From positions 22,153-86,152 of the forward strand of contig CAZIFU010000057.1 of assembly GCA_964539075.1 (NCBI GenBank): 64,000 nt of DNA, given 5' to 3'. Below, piece by piece: positions 16,759 through 27,132 of the stretch. How positions within the stretch are numbered: the first letter of the stretch is position 1; each line of letters opens with the position of its first letter. Source of the DNA: an uncultured Verrucomicrobiota bacterium. GTDB taxonomy: Bacteria; Verrucomicrobiota; Verrucomicrobiia; Limisphaerales; CAZIFU01. The position numbers and the translations under genes were made by a program. Below the pieces are notes generated by a model. The model was given only the letters and a program-made list of their open reading frames with translations. It was not told the origin of the DNA and ran no database searches.

Positions 16759-18888
16759 TCAACGCGCGGCTTCGCATTCCGCGATCTTCAGGACGTAGAA
16801 TTCGTTCGCGAGCAATCCCTCTTCAAAGAGGAGTTTGAGATCCCGCAAGCGTCCGGCGACTTGCCGCTTGTTGAATTTGGGAGCCTCACCCGCATTGCCA
16901 GCGGCGGCGACTTTGGCCTGGGCAGCGAGAGCGGTCGGCATCACGGGAGTACTTTTGGGAGCTGGTTTGTAAGTTGGGTTGAAAACCTCGACCTTCAGTT
17001 CTGCGGCAGGAACGAGATGCCGCCACAAGAAGGCCTGCATCCGATCTTCCGCGGGAACCGCCTCATGGGTGACGTCACGTCCATCTATTCGCGCGGTGCC
17101 CGCGATGGACAGGCTGAAGCTGACCGGTTCCTTCACCGGAGCCCAGTCGGTTTTCAGTTTCAACTGCGCCACTTGCTGGGTGCCCGAGAGCGAGACGGTG
17201 GTTGACGAAAATCCCTTCGGGGCATTCTTCAGGTTCACATAAATGGGGCCGGTGAACCCGTCCTTGCGGATGGCATGGATGCTGACGGTCGCGGAGGATT
17301 TGCCGCGCAGGGCCACGCTGGACGGCACGACGCGCAGCGCGAAATCCGGTCGCGGCGGGCTGATGCGCAGACGGTAGCCAAATTCCTCGCCGCCACTGCG
17401 TCCGGTATCGCCCAGATGAACGTAATAGGTTCCGTCGGCGGGCAGCGTGACCATGAGATAAGAGTCCGCATGGTGCGTGTTCACCCCGGCTCCCAGGTCT
17501 TCACGATCATCGTTGAACGCCAGCACGGTGCCCGCTGCATCGGTGAGTTTGAGAATGGAGTCGAGCGGCGAGTCGAGCCGGCGCGCAAGAACTTCCGCGA
17601 CGATCGTATCGCCCTTGTGTCCGGCGAATTGGAACACGTCCCAGTCATCCGCCCGATCCACGCGCCCGTTGATGATGACCGGCAGGTTCACCTTCTGGGC
17701 AGTCTGCAGGGTGTCGTTGGTTTCCTGTTCGAGAACTTCCGGCAGCGTGTCCAAGGCGAAAGGCATGCGGTTCAAAACGAAGCCATCCTCGATCGCGGCG
17801 AACGGATGGATTCCCGGTTCGATGATTCTTGCCGGCGGCGCCAGTTCAGCCGTCCCCAGATTGGCGCCTTTCATTTTGATCGAAACCGGCTCGCCCACCC
17901 GCGCTCCCAACGGGAAGATGCTCGTTACATACGGCAGTTCGCCAACGGTGATGCGATACACAAAGTCCTCGCGCCCGCGGTAGATGCTGTCGTTGATCGT
18001 GAACACGTATTCGCCATCCTCGGGCACTTTGTAAACAATGATCGGGTCGGGTTTGAAACGGAAATCGTCCACGTAGGCGACCTCCTTCCCGGTCGAGTCA
18101 TGGAGCGTCAGCACAGGTTGAAACCAGCCAGGCACCGCGTCGGCAATGTAGGGGATCAATTGTCGCGCCAGGGTGGCGATGACCAGTTGCTGGCCTTTGC
18201 GCGCCGCGAAGCGATACCGGTCCACTTCGCCGGAGGCAATCTGGCCGTTCACCGTGCAGGGCACGGTGATACGAACCTCGGCCTCGTTGGCCGGTCTCTT
18301 GCGGAGGGCAAGTTCCTCCTTGCCCAGCACCTGAACCGGGCAGGTGCCCATCGGCTTCCGTGAGACTTCGGGGAGCTGGCCGACGTGGAAGACCATGGGG
18401 TTCGAAACTCCGGACGGCGTTCCCAGCCGGAGCTCGCGCTCGCCGGGCTTGGCGTCCGGAGCCATCGTGACCTCGATGATGGCAATGTTTGCGATCGAGA
18501 CGCAGGCGGGCCGGTTGACGAATTCGGACATCCGCTTCTCGATCCTCGCCTTGAGCATCTGAGTTCCCTCATCTTTTCCGGAGGATTCCTGCGACCGCTT
18601 GCCCGCTTTTCTCAATTCACTCAATTGCTCCCGCAACAGCGTCATGTCTTGAGGAGTGAGTCGTCGGTAATACTCGATCACTCTCGCCTTCACGCCGGAG
18701 CCGGTGACAAATACCTTGTTGACGTCGCCCAACCCCTGGCCACCCACCTTGATTTGAAACGTCATGCCCTGCTGGCCGCCGGCGGGATAGACAAAACCAA
18801 TGTAAGGCCGCGTCTGCGCGTGCGCCGCCGACGCCATTGCCAGCCCGGCGACCATTCCCATGATGGGGAACCATGAAGATCGTTTCAT
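16759..18888 (-). CDS. Secreted protein with pre-peptidase C-terminal (PPC)-like domains
   Basis: ORF 709 aa. Signal peptide MKRSSWFPIMGMVAGLAMASAAHA. Segments such as DDWDVFQFAGHKGDTIVAEV...LKLTDAAGTVLAFNDD look PPC-like. Last gene of a three-gene minus-strand unit. Confidence 0.6.
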   Translation of the reverse strand: MKRSSWFPIMGMVAGLAMASAAHAQTRPYIGFVYPAGGQQGMTFQIKVGGQGLGDVNKVFVTGSGVKARVIEYYRRLTPQDMTLLREQLSELRKAGKRSQESSGKDEGTQMLKARIEKRMSEFVNRPACVSIANIAIIEVTMAPDAKPGERELRLGTPSGVSNPMVFHVGQLPEVSRKPMGTCPVQVLGKEELALRKRPANEAEVRITVPCTVNGQIASGEVDRYRFAARKGQQLVIATLARQLIPYIADAVPGWFQPVLTLHDSTGKEVAYVDDFRFKPDPIIVYKVPEDGEYVFTINDSIYRGREDFVYRITVGELPYVTSIFPLGARVGEPVSIKMKGANLGTAELAPPARIIEPGIHPFAAIEDGFVLNRMPFALDTLPEVLEQETNDTLQTAQKVNLPVIINGRVDRADDWDVFQFAGHKGDTIVAEVLARRLDSPLDSILKLTDAAGTVLAFNDDREDLGAGVNTHHADSYLMVTLPADGTYYVHLGDTGRSGGEEFGYRLRISPPRPDFALRVVPSSVALRGKSSATVSIHAIRKDGFTGPIYVNLKNAPKGFSSTTVSLSGTQQVAQLKLKTDWAPVKEPVSFSLSIAGTARIDGRDVTHEAVPAEDRMQAFLWRHLVPAAELKVEVFNPTYKPAPKSTPVMPTALAAQAKVAAAGNAGEAPKFNKRQVAGRLRDLKLLFEEGLLANEFYVLKIAECEAAR

Positions 18889-18963
18889 CAGCTGGTCAAG
18901 TTTCTGCCCAGTTCAACCGACGCGGCGCGTGCGCAGCGTGTCCCGCCTGTGGGCCGACGACTG

Positions 18964-20370
18964 CTACATGATCTCAGTCAAAAGTCCGGTTGACTTCACG
19001 CCTTCCGCGGCGGAGGGCAACACGTGAGCTTCGAGGCCCATGGGATGCGGCAGCCTGGTGTCCGCATCGATGCCGGCCAGGTGGTAGATGCTGCCGAGCA
19101 GGTCCACGGGATACACCGGCCGGTCCTTGACCTCTTCGGCTTTCGCGTCCGAGGCCCCGACTACATGGCCGCCCTTGAAGCCGCCACCGGCGACCAGGGC
19201 GGTGAAGACAGCGCCATGATGGTTGCGACCGCCATTCCACGGCGGTTGCCAGTCAACCTTGGGACCGCGGCCGAACTCGCCGCAACACCACACGAGGGTG
19301 CTTTCCAGCAGGCCATGTTCTTTCAAATCCTGCAGCAGCATGGCCAGGCCTTGGTCCAATTGCGGGCACTGCCGGGTCATGGTCTGAAAGTGGTTGCTGT
19401 GCGTATCCCAGCCTCCGGGGTAGTTGATGACGATATACGGAACGCCCGCTTCGACCATGCGTCGCGCCACCAGGCAGTCCTGCCCGAAAGTGTGACGACC
19501 GTAGCGATCACGCACTTCGGGTTTCTCCCTCGAAAGATCGAACACCTCTTTGCCCTGGCCCAGAATCAATTCATACGCCTGTCGCCGGGCCTCTTCCGAG
19601 GCAGCCAACTGGGGATTGTCGGCCATCGTGTTGCCCATCGCGTTCAGCTTCTTGAGTAATTCGCGCCGGGCTTTTTGCCGGTCGTCGGTGATGCCCCGCG
19701 AGACGATGCCTTCCACCTCGAACCGCTCGGCGTTCGGATCGCCGCCGGTGGCAAATGGTTTCAGCCGAGGACCCAGAAATCCCTCTTCGGAAAACCGACC
19801 CTGCGGCTGCGTCAGCACCACGTAGGGCGGAATGACGCCTTTGTATCCGGCGCTTTTGAAAAACGAGAACACGGCGCCGACACTCGGATATGCCAGCCGT
19901 TCGCCGGGCGTGTGCGCGGTCTGAACGAGGTAAGCCGCCGTTTCATGGCTGTTGTTGCGATGGGTCATGCTGCGGATGAGCGAGTATTTGTCCGCTTGCT
20001 TCGCGAGGTTGGGAAACCATTCGCTGACTTGTATCCCCTCCACGTTGGTGGCGAGAGGCGCCTTCAGCGGGCCGTTGTAGTCGTAACCGGCATCCGGTTT
20101 GGGATCCCACGTGTCCGAATGCGACATGCCGCCCCACAAAAAAATCTGGATGACCGATTTGGCCTTGGTCATGACCGGAGCGGTGGCGAAGGCTTTCACC
20201 GGTGGCGACGCGGGAGCGGCACCGGACGCCCGGTGGTTGGCGAACAACAACCCAGCCGTGCTGAAGACACCGATGCGCACGGCTTCGCGTCGCGACATCG
20301 GCAGGCTCAAAGTCATGCCCATCAAATTCGCTGCCTGTGATTCACAATTGGAAAAGTGCTGTTGGTTCAT
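18964..20370 (-). CDS. DUF1501 domain protein (sulfatase-fold, TAT signal)
   Basis: ORF 468 aa: SRREAVRIG, IQIFLWGGMSHSDTWDPKP, GEFGRGP. Confidence 0.8.
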   Translation of the reverse strand: MNQQHFSNCESQAANLMGMTLSLPMSRREAVRIGVFSTAGLLFANHRASGAAPASPPVKAFATAPVMTKAKSVIQIFLWGGMSHSDTWDPKPDAGYDYNGPLKAPLATNVEGIQVSEWFPNLAKQADKYSLIRSMTHRNNSHETAAYLVQTAHTPGERLAYPSVGAVFSFFKSAGYKGVIPPYVVLTQPQGRFSEEGFLGPRLKPFATGGDPNAERFEVEGIVSRGITDDRQKARRELLKKLNAMGNTMADNPQLAASEEARRQAYELILGQGKEVFDLSREKPEVRDRYGRHTFGQDCLVARRMVEAGVPYIVINYPGGWDTHSNHFQTMTRQCPQLDQGLAMLLQDLKEHGLLESTLVWCCGEFGRGPKVDWQPPWNGGRNHHGAVFTALVAGGGFKGGHVVGASDAKAEEVKDRPVYPVDLLGSIYHLAGIDADTRLPHPMGLEAHVLPSAAEGVKSTGLLTEIM

Positions 20371-20397
20371 GGCTTTGCTTTCATTTGTTGGGGCGCG

Positions 20398-22221
20398 TTA
20401 GTGCCGATACAGGAACTCCTCGCTGTTGATCAAAGCCCAGGCGATGTCCACCCAGTCGCCGCGTTTTTTCCCACCAGCCGCGGTTCCGGACTTGTCGGAC
20501 CGGGCGGGCGCTCCGGGCGTGCCATACTCTTGAGCGACCTTTACCTCCTCCGGCGTTGGGAAGCGTGATAAAATGGTCAGATAAAGTTCCTCCACGATTT
20601 CAGAGTCCTTTCGCTTGGAATCGAGAATCGCCCTGAGCTTGGGGCCTTGTTCCAACTTGCGCTGGATGTGACTCGAATTAAGGAGGTGAAGCGACTGGGC
20701 GGGAAACACCTTGTTGACGCGTTCATTTTCCATCCCGGTGGCGCGTGCCGAGCGTCCGAACAAGGCGAGGAACGGACTGGTGATGCTGCCGTCCGCCAGC
20801 GCAATCGCCGGCGTGTCCGTCGGAATGTAGGTGAACGGCTCCGGGATGGGGCTGGTGTAAAGCTCCGACGTGCCGGTGATCTTGTTGACGGCGTCAATCA
20901 ACACCTCCGCATCCAGCCGGCGCAGCGGGTAGCTCGCAAAATTCGCCCCGGCTTGAGGACCAATGGACTTCGGCTGCGACGAGAGTTGATACGTTCTGGA
21001 GTTCAGGATCAACCGGTAGAGGTGCTTCAAGTCATAGTTGGCCGTGACCAGTTCCTTCTCCAGAAACGCCAGCAATTCGGGGTTGGCGGGCGGGTTGTTC
21101 TCCCGGATATCGTCCGCCTCGTGGATGATGCCCCGCCCCAGCAGCCAGGACCAGACGCGGTTCGCGATGTTGCGGGTGAACCACGGGTTCTTCGGAGTGA
21201 TCAACCAATCGGCAAAGAGTTCGCGCGGATCGCGATTCGGGGGCAATTGGACCTTGCTCCCATCCGGGAAGATCGCCACCACCGGCGCGTCGCTGACCGG
21301 CGGTGCCGTGGAAACTTGCACCCCATTGTTGGTCGCCCGGGCGCTGTTCAGGGGATCCCAGAAAACAATCTCCTCCTTCCACTCGCGGGAGGGCTTGTAC
21401 CCGATCTGCGAGAAGACGACCGCCATGCCCGCCAGCTTGCCAGGTGACCAGGCCTCCGTGCGCGCTCCCATGACCGTCAGAGCCACCGTGGTCGCGATGC
21501 CTTCCGGGGTGCGGTCCTGCATGGCACGATAGAAGTTGGCCGGGCCAACGCGAAAATTGCTGCCGCTCGACGTGAGCAACTCCCGGACGAACCTGTCATA
21601 CGGCTTGTTCCCGGCGATGGAGGCCCGGACCCAGTGGTGATAAGCCTGCGCGGCATTGGGCCAGAGGTTGATGGGAAACTCAGCTTTGATTCGCAGAATG
21701 TCGGCCCACTTCATCGCCCAGTAATCCGCAAACTCTTCCCGCTCCAGCAGGCGGTCTATCAGGCCAAGACGCTTGGTCGGGTCGCGGTTGGAAATGAATT
21801 CACCCGCCTCCCTGGCCGTGGGCAGCGTGCCGATGACATCCAGATAAGCACGCCGGACAAACACGGCGTCCGTGCAACTGTCGGCTGGTTGAACGCGCAT
21901 GTAGGCGAGCTGGTTGAAGACAAAGTCGTCGATGCAATTGCCCGTGAGTGGTTTCCGGGAGACAACGCTCGCCGGCTGCGCGACAGGAGTTCGTTGCGCC
22001 GGCTTCTTCTGCGTTAAAAACCACCCCGCCAGAGCCAGTCCGATCACCCCTGCCCCTCCGGCGATCGCGAGCACCCGAAACCCGGCGCGACGAAACCAAC
22101 CAGAGCGATCGCACGGCTCTTTCAGCGCGGGACACGAAACCGGCTCCGAAGCAGCCGCCCCGAATTCCGGCGCGTCCATCACGTCGGTTTCATTCATATG
22201 GCGCTCCGAGCACAGATTCAA
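20398..22221 (-). CDS. DUF1549/DUF1553 domain protein
   Basis: ORF 607 aa: DDFVFNQL...FVRRAYLDVIGTLPTAREAGEF (DUF1549-like) and a C-terminal DUF1553-like region. Canonical partner of the downstream DUF1501 gene. Confidence 0.8.
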   Translation of the reverse strand: MNLCSERHMNETDVMDAPEFGAAASEPVSCPALKEPCDRSGWFRRAGFRVLAIAGGAGVIGLALAGWFLTQKKPAQRTPVAQPASVVSRKPLTGNCIDDFVFNQLAYMRVQPADSCTDAVFVRRAYLDVIGTLPTAREAGEFISNRDPTKRLGLIDRLLEREEFADYWAMKWADILRIKAEFPINLWPNAAQAYHHWVRASIAGNKPYDRFVRELLTSSGSNFRVGPANFYRAMQDRTPEGIATTVALTVMGARTEAWSPGKLAGMAVVFSQIGYKPSREWKEEIVFWDPLNSARATNNGVQVSTAPPVSDAPVVAIFPDGSKVQLPPNRDPRELFADWLITPKNPWFTRNIANRVWSWLLGRGIIHEADDIRENNPPANPELLAFLEKELVTANYDLKHLYRLILNSRTYQLSSQPKSIGPQAGANFASYPLRRLDAEVLIDAVNKITGTSELYTSPIPEPFTYIPTDTPAIALADGSITSPFLALFGRSARATGMENERVNKVFPAQSLHLLNSSHIQRKLEQGPKLRAILDSKRKDSEIVEELYLTILSRFPTPEEVKVAQEYGTPGAPARSDKSGTAAGGKKRGDWVDIAWALINSEEFLYRH

Positions 22222-22254
22222 ATCGCGCCGGCGAACCGGATGGGTTGCAGGGGT

Positions 22255-23625
22255 TCATACCTCCCACCCCGCCGGCGTGTCTTGGGTGAAACCGTTCACC
22301 GCTTGGCCGCAAACTTCATCCTTTTGATGGAGCGCCGAGAAAGCGACACCTTCGATCTCCACCAACAGGTCGGGCCGGCAGATGTCTGCGTGCGCGTAGA
22401 TGGTTGGCAAGTGACCCAACCGCCGTTCACACGCTGCCCGGCACTTGAGGTAATCCTCCGGTCGCTTGATATAGACGCGCACTTTGGCCAGATCACGCAG
22501 CGTGGCGCCGGCACCAGACACTCCTTGACGCGCGAGATTGTTGGAAGAGATCAGGCATTCGATGTTGTCGATGGTCTGTTCGGTCTGGCGTTCGATGTCG
22601 CCGAGGTGGCGCGTCTCGGAGTTCACAATGCTTGCCGTGCCCGAAATCCAAGTTGTCATGTAGTTGCCGAGCAGCACCGCCATCGCGCGGGAGAACTTCG
22701 GACTCTGGAGCGAAAACTTCTGCTCGTATTTGTGCGAGGGCGTCTGCAAGGGATTCTCCAGCGGGATCAAACGGACGTCCCTGCGCGACGTCTGAAGGGC
22801 GAGACAACTGGTCACCAACCCCCGACCCAGCGTGCCGATGCCGGTGCTGGCGGGATAAAAACCGTTGCCCGCATCGTGCGCGAGTCCGTTGCTTCCGAAA
22901 GGGACGTTCGCGAAGAAATCCGTGCGCGCCCGATTCAACTCGCGGTAGCGCTCCGTTCCAGATTCATCCGCGGTGATGCCGCCCTGATACAGCCAGACCC
23001 GGACGACCTCATGAAATCCGACACCCGCCTTCGCGAGCACATCGCACATCCGCCCGAAGGCATTCGCCGTCTGGTCATGTGCCGTCGGCGCCTTGGGTGA
23101 AACGCCCGCGCAATGAAACCACTTGATTCCGTCATAAGCGACCGTCACGAGGTTCGGCGCGGGAAACTGCACGTCCGCCTCCCCACCGCCAACCGCCCAG
23201 GCCTCGACCGCCAGCGCCGCGCCACAGCACGGAGGTTGAAGAACAAAATTGGTCGCCGGCATCTGCCGACCGTAGTAAGCCTCGAACAGCGTCCGGCACT
23301 GGCCGACGTCTTCCGGATGTCGCAGGAACACGGTCTGAATCGTAACCGTCAGCGCTTCGCGCTGCCGCACGCGGATCTTCTCGATGGCGCTCAATATCTC
23401 GCAAGCCTGCTCCGCGAGGCTGCCACGCGACTTGGGCGCGATCGCCAGGGCGACGCGCACCACCCGGTTCAGGCCGAGCATCGAGCGACCATCCTCCCGC
23501 AACGGGGACAGCAAACCGTAGCGAGGAGAACCGGAGTGGTTCGGCAAGCTCCAATCCGCGGCGCCATCCGCTGGAGGTTTGCATCTGCTGCCCTGGCCGA
23601 ATTGCAATGCAGTCTCGATCTTCAT
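22255..23625 (-). CDS. Multi-domain YjgF/RidA-fold protein, possibly FkbO/Hyg5-type chorismatase-like
   Basis: ORF 456 aa. C-terminal ISGTASIV...HLGDIERQTEQTIDNIECLI...VRVYIKRPEDY...ADICRPDLLVEIEG is RidA-like. An earlier segment, HEVVRVWLYQGGI, suggests a second such domain. Functional call is inference. Confidence 0.5.
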   Translation of the reverse strand: MKIETALQFGQGSRCKPPADGAADWSLPNHSGSPRYGLLSPLREDGRSMLGLNRVVRVALAIAPKSRGSLAEQACEILSAIEKIRVRQREALTVTIQTVFLRHPEDVGQCRTLFEAYYGRQMPATNFVLQPPCCGAALAVEAWAVGGGEADVQFPAPNLVTVAYDGIKWFHCAGVSPKAPTAHDQTANAFGRMCDVLAKAGVGFHEVVRVWLYQGGITADESGTERYRELNRARTDFFANVPFGSNGLAHDAGNGFYPASTGIGTLGRGLVTSCLALQTSRRDVRLIPLENPLQTPSHKYEQKFSLQSPKFSRAMAVLLGNYMTTWISGTASIVNSETRHLGDIERQTEQTIDNIECLISSNNLARQGVSGAGATLRDLAKVRVYIKRPEDYLKCRAACERRLGHLPTIYAHADICRPDLLVEIEGVAFSALHQKDEVCGQAVNGFTQDTPAGWEV

Positions 23626-23827
23626 AAGTCTCCATTCTCATGTTCAGCAGCCGTCAACGGTCAACGGCAGCCAGTATTTAGAACATCAGACGGGTTTCGG
23701 CGGGGGGTGGGCTTTACCGTTTTTGACTTTTTCCAAACCTTTTTTGCCGACGCCCGCGCGGGCAGGCTGAGCCGCACGAAGGGAGGGTTGAAGAGCGGGT
23801 TTGCCGGGGGTGAAATAATTTCAACCG

Positions 23828-25450
23828 TTATTGCAGAAGGGCACGATAAAACCGGCTGCTGAAATTCGACGCCTGGGTATCCATGAATTGAAAAGTGCTT
23901 CCCGAAAGTGTGTTGGTGGCAAGGGGCGTCCAATGAGAGAGGTCCGTCGAAGCCTGAATCACCACCCGCTGCCCGGTGAATCCATTCACGGTACATCTGA
24001 ACTGATCATTGGAAAAGACCAGCGAGGCCAGCCGCGGAGCCTGCAAGGTCGGATTGAGGATCAGCAACTCCGGCGCATACAGGTAGCGCGTCCGCGTGCC
24101 GTCGCTGATTCGCGCGCCGAGCGCGTAAATGCCGGGAACGGTGTTGGTCGGATTTGAAATGTAACCGAGGCTGGCGATGCCGATTCCGTTTGTTCCCGTC
24201 GCCTGCCCGGTCACCTGTTGAATCTCCTTTTCGTTCCCGCTGTAAGGATTGAGGTCATCATCGAGGAAAATGCGAATGTCCACCGGTTGCACGGTTCCTG
24301 GACCAAACTGGTAATAGAGCTTCAAGGAGTTCGTCTCGCCGATGGCGGCCTGGTTTGTTCCGATCAGGTCAAACTTGATGAGGTTCGGCCAGGTGCCGTT
24401 GTTGGCCGGCAACGCGGTCCGATTGGCGGCCTGCCCGGCCCCGAAGTCCCACACCTTGTTGTAGCCGTCGCTGATCCGGCCCTTGCCAGCGCCGGCAGGT
24501 TCGTCGTTGCTCAACCGGTCCCCGCCGACGATCAAGCTGTAGAGGAAGCCGGCGTTGGTGCCTCCTGCTTCGTAGCTCGTCCACCATTGCTGGCGTTGCG
24601 TGGTGCCGATCGTCGCGCCGTCCACGGTGACCGGAGTGTGCCAATCAACCGTGCCGTGGTACCAGAGGTGGACGTCGCTGTGTGGAGAAGAGTTCCCGCC
24701 GGAAAGGCTGGTGAGCTGGCGATTGTACGAGCCGAGGATGGATTCGCCGTTCGGGACGAAGACATTGTCGCCCATGTTCTGCCAGTAATTATCCGCAAAG
24801 AGGACGCTCGCGTAGGTCGTGCAGGTGCCGTCCACGGCGCTGTAAGGTTCGCTGTTGCCGTCATTGTTGAGGGGATGCGGATCGAGTGTCGTGACGTGGT
24901 CCACCCACACGCCCTGCGCCCCCAGCAGCCGCGCCATCTCGCAGACCAGCGATCCGCCGCGGCTGTGGCCCACCAGGTGCAACGGCAATTCCGCCAGCGC
25001 ATGGCCGCCCAGTTCGGCAAGAAAGTTCGTCTGCAACAGCACAGGCACAATCGCGGCGGCAATCTGCGTCGTGTTGTAATCGGCGCGGAACAAATCGCCC
25101 GCGAAGTCGGACCAATCGAACTTGATGAAGATTTCGCCTGTGTTGGCGGTGAGCGGCGTAATGCCATTCAGATTGGTATGCGTCATCGTGTAATTACCGC
25201 CGCCCAGACTGACCATTTTGATTTCGTAGCAGGGGGCGTTGGTTGCGCCCAGCCGATGGAAATTTTGCGGGATCGCCTGTGCCATCGGGATGATCCACGG
25301 GCCAACGGACGAGTTAAACCCGTGCGTGATGAGGGTCACCCCGGCGGCGTGAGTTTGATCTGACCCGAACAACAGGATGAACCAGCAAAGCAACGGGCCG
25401 GCATATTTGCAGACTGAACTGTTCATTCCGTGTGTTTTAATGACCTCCAA
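23828..25450 (-). CDS. Secreted alpha/beta-hydrolase (lipase-like) protein with C-terminal beta-rich domains
   Basis: ORF 540 aa. Signal-like N-terminus, THGFNSS, nucleophile elbow LVGHSRGG. The C-terminal half has no motif I recognise. Confidence 0.6.
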   Translation of the reverse strand: MEVIKTHGMNSSVCKYAGPLLCWFILLFGSDQTHAAGVTLITHGFNSSVGPWIIPMAQAIPQNFHRLGATNAPCYEIKMVSLGGGNYTMTHTNLNGITPLTANTGEIFIKFDWSDFAGDLFRADYNTTQIAAAIVPVLLQTNFLAELGGHALAELPLHLVGHSRGGSLVCEMARLLGAQGVWVDHVTTLDPHPLNNDGNSEPYSAVDGTCTTYASVLFADNYWQNMGDNVFVPNGESILGSYNRQLTSLSGGNSSPHSDVHLWYHGTVDWHTPVTVDGATIGTTQRQQWWTSYEAGGTNAGFLYSLIVGGDRLSNDEPAGAGKGRISDGYNKVWDFGAGQAANRTALPANNGTWPNLIKFDLIGTNQAAIGETNSLKLYYQFGPGTVQPVDIRIFLDDDLNPYSGNEKEIQQVTGQATGTNGIGIASLGYISNPTNTVPGIYALGARISDGTRTRYLYAPELLILNPTLQAPRLASLVFSNDQFRCTVNGFTGQRVVIQASTDLSHWTPLATNTLSGSTFQFMDTQASNFSSRFYRALLQ

Positions 25451-25547
25451 GTGGCCGCTGGTTCAAGGCAAAACTGGCTCTTCGAAGACGCCCGGATCAC
25501 CAATGAAGGCAAGGGTTGGCCGTCCGGCGATGGCTCCTGTTCGGGCG

Positions 25548-26609
25548 TCAAGGCCGCGCAGAGATTTCCAGCATCCGTTCGATGGGCAGGCGGGCGCGGC
25601 GCATAATGGGCTCCGGCAACTCGATGCGCGGCGCAAGGTGCTTCATGCAGTCGCGCAGCTTCTCCAGCGTATTCAATTTCATGTATTTGCACTCGCTGCA
25701 GCGGCACGAATCCGTCGGCATTTTCATCACGTCATAGACCGGCGCGCAGATAAATTCCTTGCCCGGACACTCCTTCTGCATCCGGTGGATGATGCCAGAC
25801 TCCGTGACGATGACAAATCGCCGGGCCGTGCTCGATTTGCAGTAGGCGATCATTTTCTCGGTCGAACACACCGCGTCGGCCAGGTCGCGCACTTCGCGGA
25901 GGCTCTCGGGATGAACCACCACCTTCGCGTCCGGAAATTTCTCGCGCAGCCGCTGGACGCTGTCGCGCCGGAACTCGACGTGCGCGTAACAGTTGCCGCG
26001 CCACAGCGTCATGGGCCGGCCGGTTTGCTCCATCACCCAGGCGCCGAGATTTTCGTCCGGCACGAAGAGGAGGTCTTTGTCCTGCGGCGCGGCGTTGACG
26101 ATCTTGACGGCGTTGCCGCTGGTGCAGATCACGTCGCTGAGCGCCTTCACGGCGGCGCTGCAATTGATGTAGGTGACGGTATGGAAATTCGGGTTGGTCG
26201 CCTGCAATTCCTTGAGCTTGTCTGCCGGGCAGCTTTCTTCGAGCGAGCAGCCGGCGTCCTTGTCGGGCAGCACGACGATTTTGTGCGGGTTCAAGATCTT
26301 CGCCGTCTCGGCCATGAAGTGAACGCCGCAAAAGACAATCACGTCCGCCGGCGTCCTGGCTGCCTGCTGGGAGAGGCCGAGTGAATCGCCCACGTAATCG
26401 GCCACGTCCTGAATTTCGGGCACCTGGTAGCTGTGGGCGAGGATGACAGCATTGAGCTGCTTTTTGAGCGCAAAAATCTCCCTGGCCAGCGGATCGAATT
26501 GGGCGCGCGGCATCGGCTGGCGGACCGGGAATCGGTCCACGCCAGGCAACTGGATTTCGGCAACGTCAATCATGCATGGAACGGTAATGCGTGGAATGGA
26601 ATCGGGCAA
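25548..26609 (-). CDS. nadA: Quinolinate synthase
   Basis: ORF 353 aa: ILAHSYQVPEIQDVADYVGDSLGLS, FCGVHFMAETAKIL, conserved Cys ligands. Confidence 0.92.
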   Translation of the reverse strand: MPDSIPRITVPCMIDVAEIQLPGVDRFPVRQPMPRAQFDPLAREIFALKKQLNAVILAHSYQVPEIQDVADYVGDSLGLSQQAARTPADVIVFCGVHFMAETAKILNPHKIVVLPDKDAGCSLEESCPADKLKELQATNPNFHTVTYINCSAAVKALSDVICTSGNAVKIVNAAPQDKDLLFVPDENLGAWVMEQTGRPMTLWRGNCYAHVEFRRDSVQRLREKFPDAKVVVHPESLREVRDLADAVCSTEKMIAYCKSSTARRFVIVTESGIIHRMQKECPGKEFICAPVYDVMKMPTDSCRCSECKYMKLNTLEKLRDCMKHLAPRIELPEPIMRRARLPIERMLEISARP

Positions 26610-26703
26610 CCCTTGGATTAGAATCCGTCGCGTGCCGATAAAAATAGCAGGGTCCCGTCGCGAGTGTCTCTGAACTCCCGGTTGACCGCGTCAGGGGGCG
26701 ACG

Positions 26704-27075
26704 TCAATGCAATAAGTCAGGCAGAAAGCGACTCACCATGGCATTGATGACTCCTGGCTGCTCAAAAAGAAGAAATGTTGCCAGCCCAATGCTGCTAACG
26801 ACAATCGCACCGGCGGCGATATCTCTGGACCTTTTTCCAGTGCGAAATCCCTGCCAAACGGCGAGTGAAGCAAGAACGAATGGAATGAGCGCTGACACTG
26901 CCACTACGATGAGTGAACTCTGAGAACAAATTACGAACACGACCAACGCGAGAAACAGTGCTGGCACCCCATAAAACAACCCAACAAACGGACTGCGCCC
27001 GCCTTCAGTACTGAGACACCCTACAGCGCCAATCAAACAGGCCACGAAGAGCAAGAAAGATAATACGATGATCAC
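26704..27075 (-). CDS. Hypothetical integral membrane protein (about 4 TM)
   Basis: ORF 123 aa, almost entirely hydrophobic helices. Lower GC than neighbours. No family recognised. Confidence 0.5.
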   Translation of the reverse strand: MIIVLSFLLFVACLIGAVGCLSTEGGRSPFVGLFYGVPALFLALVVFVICSQSSLIVVAVSALIPFVLASLAVWQGFRTGKRSRDIAAGAIVVSSIGLATFLLFEQPGVINAMVSRFLPDLLH

Positions 27076-27132
27076 GGTGATGGACGTTTAACGCGCGGCT
27101 TGATGCGGATTTGCGCTGCTTAACAGTTTCCT

